DNA from: Octopus sinensis
Lineage: Eukaryota
Reading direction: 5' to 3'
Length of the DNA stretch: 64,000 nt
Assembly (NCBI RefSeq): GCF_006345805.1
Contig: NC_043015.1
Location: forward strand, 52,452,001 to 52,516,000
Position numbers and translations under genes: made by a program. Positions 55,739-64,000 of the stretch are shown here, piece after piece; position 1 is the first letter of the stretch, and every line of letters starts with the position of its first letter. The notes below the pieces were generated by a model that saw nothing but the letters and a program-made list of their open reading frames with translations, was not told where the DNA came from and made no database searches.

Positions 55739-57859
55739 CCATTCTTAATAATGATAATTGCTTCTAGTATCCTAATAATAACCACCACCATATTTAGAGG
55801 TTCACATCCCCAGTAATTTTTCTTAACACTATGTATTTGAATACTTATAGTACTTACAACTATATTCCATGTATAAATTTAGTAAACATTTAACTAAATA
55901 ATAATAACGTTATTAGGTTTACACCTCAAAATTGGCAAGTTACAGACTGACAATGGGATTTACACTTTGGTTTACTCTTTGGGAACATTTCTCCTGAACA
56001 AAACTTCCATCACAAGAAAAAATCAAGACCAACAATTTGCATTTCATTCCATACAGTTGTGGCAAGAAATATGAAGGTGGGGTCAGCTGCCCATGAAAAA
56101 GAAGGCAACAGAAACATTATAAAGCTGAAAATCCATGAGAAGATTAAGAAAATAAGGCATAGCTCAACCTTTGAGGAAGGAAAAACAAAGTCAGCAACTC
56201 ATGTCAAGACAACAGAGAACAATACTGAAAGATAAAAGAATTTGTACATAAATTGAAAGAATTGGTATGTAAGTTTGTGATAACTTCCTCAGTAGATCCA
56301 GCAGAAAGATGAACACTAGATAAGAGCCTGTATTTAACAAAGAACATAAAGCCTAAGATCATAAACAAATAAGTTTAAAGCTCCTAAATTAATTGACCTA
56401 TGGTACAATAGCACAGTGAATATAAGAGTTGATTAAACACCAAGTAATAAGGGCATTAATTTACTTAGTGGCTATAAGTTCAATCCCTAGATCAGTGGAT
56501 CTGTACATATTCTGGTTGTAGTGTAGTGAACTAGAGGCAACACAAATTTAAGTAAAACTAATATAAAAATATCTCTAACACTGACAATGGAAGGAGATCA
56601 GTTTACCACAGTTGTTTGAATTAAAGATTTGACTTGAAACTCCATGTACGTTACCAAATATGACAGACATTTGAAGAAGGTTGGAGGATACAACTGCTGA
56701 AATGTTGCGATTTACAACCAAAAGAGGAACAACAATCTTGATATATCAGTATACTCATAGTTTCTCTCAGTGACTGACCTGTTGGAAACCTGTAACCAAC
56801 AATGCTCTCACTCACTAATTACAGTATGGCTTTTTTAAAAATGAAATGGAAAACAAAAATCCGCTTACAAGGAGTGGAACTCAGCACCATAAGCTAACAA
56901 AACATTTTGTCAATGTAACAGTGCATTTGATGCTTAGAGTAGAAACTTGTTCGACACTGCAATACTTATTTAGAGGTAGTGGGGAAGTTAAAACTTAATT
57001 GCAGGTAGACTGCAGATCCAGCACGGTACACGAGAGCTTCTTGCTTGGTGTGTCTGCTACTGGATCAACATGGTTATTTATAAGGTGATGGTCACCAGGT
57101 CAGTTATACATTTTGATTACCCAAAGACCCACTTCCAGAATATAATAATCCTTATCACCAGTAGAGTGAACAAGGAAAAAAACCCAGAAAAATGAGCTGA
57201 AATATGGAACTGTTTCATAAAGCAGAGAGACAAACTCCATTTAACACATTCATACACACAAACTGATATCACATGCAAAAAGACAGCCACTACCACACGG
57301 ACCAAAATAAACATTGGTACTTAAAACCAAATTACAAACATGCAAGAATATATAACAGATAGGTGTTTGACATATATAAGAGACAAGCGCACTCAATACT
57401 GGGTGGGAAAGTTTAATATATACCTGAGTATAGCATAATACAATCAACTAATGTGGCTTTGAGCCATTTCGTGAAATTATGTCGTAATTACTTAATGATA
57501 CTTGTCAGGTGTTATAAACATCCCAACAGAGTTTGTACAAGATGAATTAACAAAGAGAACAAAAGTGATTGTATTATATATTAGCCAAAAGAGGAACTTA
57601 AACAAAAAAAAAAAAAAAAAGCAAGAAAAACGAAAGGGATTCAAACTAGAGATAAATGATGTTTATTTTCATTTTGTGAAACTGACGAGTTTGAGGACTG
57701 GCAAAATTGAGACAAAACTGCTAATTATATGACTAGATTCTATTGCAAAACAGGAGCTCCAAGTGACAGAAAAAAAAAAACAGAACAAAACAAAAACGAC
57801 AAAACAAGACAGAACATCTAAACTGCATCAAACTTAAGTTGAAGCAAATTCAAATAATA

Positions 57860-58175
57860 TATATATACATGTGTATATATATACATGTATATATACATGT
57901 GTATATATATATGTATATATATACATACATGTATATATACATGTGTATATACATGTATATATATGTATATATATATACATGTATATATGTGTATATACAT
58001 GTATATATGTGTATATATATGTATATATACATGTGTATATATATATGTATATATACATGTGTATATATATATGTATATATACATGTGTATATATATATGT
58101 ATATATACATGTGTATATATACATGTATATATACATGTGTATATACATGTGTATATATACATGTATATATATGTA

Positions 58176-58225
<50 letters not shown>

Positions 58226-58250
58226 CACACACACATACATACATACATAC
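57860..58250. repeat. Minisatellite built from ATATACATGT(GT) units
   Basis: Direct tandem repetition of 10-16-nt variants; source of the 130-160 aa Y/I/C ORFs in the track. Confidence 0.9.
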
Positions 58251-58489
58251 ATACACAAATGTGAGAAATTTCTGAATACATAATGCAGAATGTATAACAA
58301 TTAAAAAACTGAGATTTTTAGACCATTGTTAGTTTTGTGTTTTGCAATGCAGCTTTATGCCACAACTAAATATTATTGAGAAAAAAACTTTAGTTGAGAA
58401 AAAAAAAAGTGGTAAGGCAAAAGCTAAAATAACAACGGTTTAAAATTTCAGCTTTTCATTGTTTATGTATGCATGTATATATGTATGAA

Positions 58490-58522
<33 letters not shown>

Positions 58523-58907
58523 GTATATAGGTATGCATGTGTGTAAGTGTATGTATGTGTATATACATATATATATATGCACGCATAAGTGAACTCATAA
58601 CTATGTATGTTGATATGTATATGGTTAAAAGAAGTTCGATATATGACAAAAGAAAAAAATGTGATACAGATATCTTCTTGGCCATGTATAAAAAATAAAA
58701 GACAAATCATATTTGTCTTAAGATTAAGAAAAGTTCAAGACACGAATGAAACAAAACCAAAAGATACTTAAACAGTAAGATAAGCAGAAATGAAGAAAGC
58801 AAACACGCAATACAATAATAATAATAAAACACTAGTAAAACAAAGAGCAGTAGTAGAAGCAGGTGTAGCACTAAGGATGATGAAGAAGAGTTTTAGAGCA
58901 CTACTAC

Positions 58908-59020
58908 CTGGTTGTTCTCATCAAAGTAATTTACACTAGCAGCATTAGTAGGAAGTGAGGTGGTGCTAGTAGCAGCACTTGCCATCGATGCAGGCTGGTT
59001 AGTGTTGGCAATCATCGGCA
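58908..59020 (-). CDS. mbl: Muscleblind internal coding exon (113 nt, phase 1 to 0): xPMIANTNQPASMASAATSTTSLPTNAASVNYFDENNQ
   Basis: Acceptor ccacccacAG (AG at 59022-59021) and donor CAG|GTAGTA (GT at 58907-58906). The frame is open and ends in phase 0, matching the next exon. YFDENNQ|LLDTLPLC matches the YMDSNGQ|LLETLPVC-type motif I recall from long insect Mbl isoforms. VPM..SAATS.TS.P..NQ resembles the human MBNL1 segment [32 protein letters not shown] (recalled, not searched). Confidence 0.82.
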
Positions 59021-59022
59021 CT

Positions 59023-59343
59023 GTGGGTGGTTGTCATTTGGAAAGTTTTTTTTTTTTTTCAGAAGACAAGAAGGGTCAACAACAGAGGTGGTGGTGGTGT
59101 GGTGGTGTTGGCGGCAGCAGCGGTAGCAGCAGCAGCAGCAGTAGTAGTAGATGACAGCAGCAGGAGCAGCAGTGGTAGCAGCAGCAGCCGATAGCAGCAG
59201 CGGCAGCAGGAGTGGTTATAAAAGTGCAGACGAAGCACAGGTGACATGCAGAGTAGTGGTACAAGTGCACAGGAGAGGGTCAAGGTATGAAAGAGAGGAA
59301 TAGCAAAAAAAAAAAGTAAAAAAAAAGAAAAGAAATAGTAGAC
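59023..59343 (-). promoter_or_regulatory. AG-exclusion zone with YGCY cluster upstream of the mbl 113-nt exon (candidate Muscleblind response element / distant branch point)
   Basis: No CT dinucleotide on the plus strand (no AG on minus) from 59023 to 59343. About 23 YGCY motifs, 21 of them within about 59110-59210. U/C-rich tract at 59340-59270. Confidence 0.55.
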
Positions 59344-60789
59344 CTTATTTTCCTTTTTTTTCTGTGATTTATTTACTATTGTTATTATTATTGTTATTAT
59401 TGATTTTTTTTTTCGCCAAAACATTAAAGGAAGCGAAAATCCTGGTCTTGGATTCTTCAAGCTTGTCCTGTGCCTGCCATAGGGTAAGGACCAAGAAAAA
59501 GCATGCAAGAACACTTCTTACAAGTTTCTAGCTCCAAAATCATTTGAGAGTTTCTTTTTGATTACAGCAAAATCTTAGCTGTTCTTCACAGGTTTGACCA
59601 ATGGGAAATGGTGCAAATTATCAATAAAAAGGGCAATTATTATTATAATTATTATCATTATCATCGATATCAAGAAGTGTAATTGAAGAGCTAGTGAGAG
59701 AAGTGCAAAAAAAATCTCTTGGAAAGGACAAGAGTTAGAGATGAAAGGCATGAGAAGTATAGAATAGAATAATATGGAAGTCTTAGAGTCATGAAAATGA
59801 AAGAATTCCAAGTTGTAAGATGGTGCTTAGTGTGAACAGAGTGCATATGCATGTGTTAGTGCCCAGCCTCAAGTCAACCTTAATTAAAAGAAACAAAGAA
59901 AACCCAAGATCAAAAGATTCAACCCTGATTAACAAGCCCTTTATTCCAATACACTGTATTTAGGATTGCATAATTTAATGTCTCATGCCATTTTTAAAGC
60001 CTGACAAGAGTAATCAGAGTGAAGTCTGGTTGTTATTTGTTGCAGGTTGTTTGACCACACACAAAAGACATGGGCAATGCTTTGATGACAAGAGGGCTGC
60101 ATGGGATATGGCTCATCATTAGACAGGCCACACTACTAGTAATTTTTCATTAGGCATTAGGCTATTCAGAAAAGTCCATAGGCTACAGCTTACGCATGAC
60201 TGATATAGAAATTCCCTTGTTTACTCTATGTGATTGCTGCTTTTATTGTAAAATGGTAGCAATTGGTTTTAGTCAAGCACTGAGGGCTGAAACCAAATGA
60301 TGGTTAAGGAACAAGCCGCAAGTCAAACACATCAAGTATGGACTGATAATAACAGCTGACTAGAACACACAAAGTATATTCTGTATCTAAGGGTGTTAGG
60401 ATTTTGAGAATGTAATATGCATATCTGCTTGGCTGCCTGTCATTTCTAGACAGAATTTGGAATGTAATTTGTAAACCAAGAGGCTTAAAGTTTATGCTAG
60501 TGTAACAGAATGGCAGAGATTCAAAAAGTTAAACTATTCAAAGAGTAAGTTTTGATGGGATTAAAAAGAATAAAAGAGAAATTTCTGGTGAACTAATAGT
60601 CTTTCAAGAGAGAACTGCCTTAGGATTAATACAAAAGAAATGTCTTAAGGTTAATAATTTATTCTCATTTGAAGTCTTTAACCATTTGGTGCGATCTCGC
60701 TACAGACTACTATTGGTTTTATAATATAAAGTTTCCACTTTTAAAATGGCTGAGTAGTTAGAGTCTTGACTAGAATGCTTGTCCTAGGT

Positions 60790-60880
60790 CTTTGATCTCT
60801 TGAGTTCAAATCCTGCAGTGGTCAACTTTTCCTTTTATCCTTTCAGGGATTGTAAATTAAGCACCAGTCCATGGTGAGGG
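60790..60880 (+). mobile_element. SINE family A fragment
   Basis: GAGTTCAAATCC...GGTCAACTTTTCCTTTTATCCTTTCAGGG. Confidence 0.6.
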
Positions 60881-62549
60881 ATTAGAAGGATTGTAACACT
60901 GTCAGGACAAGATGCTGTGTTGTGTATGATCCAGCTTTTGCATCCTGGTCTTTGATGGCTAAGCAGAACTTGAATTCTGCTGAGTCATCAGTGAACAGAG
61001 CTTAATTACCCAAACATTGGCACGACACATTTAACCTGCAATTGGACAAGCAAGCATACAACCAGCATAGATAAGCTGCTAACAGGATGCTGAAGTTGCA
61101 TCTAGTAATGAAAATAGCTAAATAGAATTTAGATTAAAACCTTCCCTTATAATTTTTTGTAAAAGTCTCTTCTCAAATTACGTTTCAAACACTAACTTAA
61201 GAATAAAAAAATGTTCCAGTCTTGACCACCCCTTTCATGTTTTCTCATGTTTTTTTTCTTTTTTCACAAGATAAGTTTACCTAGGACTACATTATCCAAA
61301 GAAGACTATGATTTGTTGTTGGTGAGAATAAGGTCAAAAAGTCCACAAAAGCACAACTATAATCAGAGTATGTAGGATTACTTTATCTAATCTACCCTTT
61401 CTCTAGTAAGATATGATTTAAGAAAGATGGGTGCTATTTCTAGCATATTAAGAAGCCATGTAGAGGCCCTCTCTCATTGCCAAGTTAGAAATTAATGTTG
61501 TTTATTAGTGTGGTTAAAAACTAGAATTTTTCTTTCCTATCCACACCAGACAATTGCTGAGAAACAAATATTATCTAGCAGAGCTTCACAGATAGATTAA
61601 TTCAGTAGCATGCAATAAGCCAATGAGCAGACAAAGAGCTTTTATTGACAGCAGTAGGTATTTGATCTTGACAACAGGTTACTGGGAGAAAATACAGTAA
61701 TGAAATAGGGAGAGAAAGGGAAGGAGAGAGATGGGAGATTAAGATTTTTATCCTCAATGAAAAATACACCTTTCATACCAGCAGCATGAAGATTTACTTA
61801 AGTTCTGTTGCAAAAAGCACATGTGGCTAATCTTTAGGATTAAGCATAAAGAAGAAAAATATGAAAAAAGAGGAGTTTAACACAAAAGAATTTTGTTTTT
61901 AAACTTTATTTTGTTTTTGGTTTTTGAATCTTGTCTTTTTAACAGAAAAGGAAGAGTTAATGAAATAGAAATCATGCACAAATCCCCTTCAACATTGTCT
62001 GTTAAATAAGATAATAGCTAAGCTAGGTGTGGTGTTGTTATCCAGAATGGGCCGCATTGTTTAAACTGGTTGATTTATGTATGAAATTTAGCAGCTGGAA
62101 GTTAAAGAAAGGAAAGAAAAAAAAAAGGAAAAAACAAAGAAAGAAAAAAATGTGGTTTGAATAGTTAAAACAAATCTCATCTAGAAGCAGATTTTTAATG
62201 TATGCAGGGTAAGAATAAAAAGAAAAAAGAAAAAACAGGAAAGAAGACAGATGGCAGTACAAGAAGTGCCTACTTTTGCAATAAGCAGGAGGGATTTGTT
62301 AGCAATGAGATAGAAGAACATGAAAGGTTAACAAAGAATACAAGGTTGGAAGATAGGCAGTGATATGTAAGTAAAAGTGTATCTTGTTTTGCAAGTTTAT
62401 GGCAGGTCAACCTATTAAATCTAGACCAGGATTTCCAAAAGCAGAATAGTTAACATTTAATATGCAAACTTAAGACAACAAATATTATTGAATGCATCTG
62501 GCCATAATATACATACATATACACATACGTTCATATATATAATGCACGT

Positions 62550-64000
62550 AAATAGAGTGGTATCGATTAAGTGACAAAAGCAAATTGATGATTAAGCAAT
62601 TATTATTATTTATTCAAACTACAAACAAGTAACTATTAAATAAGCTTAATGCATTTATTGACAATATCAATAATACCACAAAAATTTATGTCACTTTTTA
62701 ATCATTTTTTTCCCCCAGCAAAATGTAACGTTTGCATCTGGTACACTAATGTTAAACCAGGTACCTGAAATATCTAAAAATTGAATCGCATTTGTAAGGC
62801 ATTGAATATATGTTTGAACATATGCTCTGGAGTTTCTGCCTGTTATTTCTTTTTTTTTTTCTAGCTATATATTCCATATGATGCAAGTTCCTAAATTTTT
62901 TTCATTAAAATGCTCATGATGACCCATTTTTACAAGTTTTCTATTAACTTAAATCTAAGGATGGTGAGGGCCACTGCAGTATAGACATTTTCTTGCTTTT
63001 ACATAAGAACTTTTAATTATTTATGCACTATTTTTCAGATCATCATTGTCATGCTGACAAATCCATTGACAATCAGCCCAACTAGCTCCTTGCAAATGGA
63101 AAGCATAACCTTCTCCAAGCCAGGTTCTTCAGATAATATGTTTTGTCCATTATGTTTTGACTGACTTCTTTTCCACAAATACAACGCCAAATCCAGGACA
63201 TTGTCAGCACCATACATTCTTGTTGTAATTCTTCTCTTGTATGACATCAGATGTATATTTGGCTGTCAAATCAAAGCAAATTAAATTTTGATTGATCCAA
63301 CAACTACATCTTGGACCAGTCTGGTAATGCCCAATTCTTAAGCTCCTGAACAAATGAATGAAGAAGCATCAGGTTTTCAGAGAAATGTACATCATTTTAT
63401 TAAACAAAATGCCCCCCCACCACAAGCCCAGACAGCATTAATTCATTTCATTTTAATATGATACCCATCTGCAAGTGATATTTCAGCCAAATGCCATTTA
63501 AAATGTCAACAGCATTCATATTTTAGTTCCTCATAGATAACCAATGAATGTATTGGTCCATCCTTCAGCAGACATTAGTGATGGTCCTAATAAAAAATGA
63601 GCAGAATAGTCACTAGTTTTGTTGAAGGTATCCACAGAATGGCAAATAAGAATTGCTGAACAACTAATTTCAGAAGCGATGTCTCAAAAATTCCTTTACA
63701 GCTTATGTAGTAAGACAATTATTTATCATGTCCTTGATAAGCATTTTCTTTCATCAATTACAAAAGATCACAATATGATATAATCCAATATTTTTTAGAA
63801 CTAATTTACATCATCTCAAATACAAATATTAAAATATTTTGCTTAAAATATACTTAAATCAAGTGACATTTACTTGTGTGGCTTTATTAATGTTTTCAAT
63901 AACAATATTAGGTTAATTAAAATTTAGATTTTTAAACTTACATCATGTAAAGGAGTAGAACAGACTTTTTATTTATTCATGGATACTTTCGGTCGAGATT
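62550..64000 (-). mobile_element. Decayed Tc1-like transposon
   Basis: Minus-strand remnants DWSKM*LLDQSKFNLL*FDS (cf. W.KVL.SDESKFNLFGSD) at about 63320-63270 and QHDNDDLKNSA (cf. QQDNDPKHTA) at about 63060-63025. Boundaries are approximate. Confidence 0.65.

Noticed and set aside
57000-57110. GC-richer segment reading NHVDPVADTPSKKLSCTVLDLQSTCN on minus strand
   Set aside because: Bounded by in-frame stops with no convincing splice sites.
58908-59015. Reading MIANTNQ... as the start of a stand-alone 109-aa protein
   Set aside because: Possible but less likely: a phase-1 acceptor precedes it, and the homologous vertebrate segment is an internal exon beginning VPM.
59059-59514. 151-aa minus-strand ORF upstream of the mbl exon
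   Set aside because: Low-complexity product of the triplet tract, which ends in a stop at 59059 before the exon. The mbl exon frame itself has a TGA just upstream of the acceptor.
1-64000. The many 60-160 aa ORFs rich in I/Y/C/V/H/T in the supplied track
   Set aside because: They are translations of (TA)n, (CA)n, (GATA)n and (AAT)n repeats, which often lack stops; not coding evidence.
1-64000. CRISPR arrays, rRNA, operons or prokaryotic defence systems
   Set aside because: No regularly spaced repeat-spacer units, rRNA motifs or long intronless ORFs; the sequence is clearly eukaryotic intron/intergenic DNA.

Overview
AT-rich, microsatellite-dense animal DNA, most likely octopus or another coleoid cephalopod (inferred from SINE/MITE families I recall, not from a database search). 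The only confidently identifiable gene is the 3' end of muscleblind (mbl/MBNL) on the minus strand. Three phase-compatible coding exons (59020-58908, 47460-47376, 44048-43912) splice to ...xPMIANTNQPASMASAATSTTSLPTNAASVNYFDENNQ|LLDTLPLCRDFKSSQCNRPQCKFVHLME|DYVEVTEGKVTVCRDSVKGKCRRHLCKYYHIPVILSALAAPNLTT*, a C-terminal tandem CCCH zinc-finger pair. I found no upstream exon in the window, so those probably lie beyond 64000. The most interesting signal is a candidate autoregulatory splicing switch. The 113-nt exon resembles the frame-shifting 95-nt cassette exon of vertebrate MBNL1, and it is preceded by a 321-nt AG-free zone containing about 23 YGCY (Muscleblind-binding) motifs. Skipping it would remove the zinc-finger pair. 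Also notable: a dense intronic cluster of GTTGCTA (RFX-like half-sites), a 112-bp-arm near-perfect palindrome, and possible alternative stems in the 3' UTR. The rest is tRNA-derived SINEs, hAT/piggyBac-like MITEs, decayed LINE (RTE, CR1/L2) and Tc1/mariner fossils, and simple repeats. There are also low-confidence candidate exons of an unidentified plus-strand gene at about 2-12 kb. Nearly all ORFs in the supplied track are microsatellite artefacts. Gene-model and palindrome/MITE coordinates were counted base by base; the boundaries of decayed repeats are approximate.
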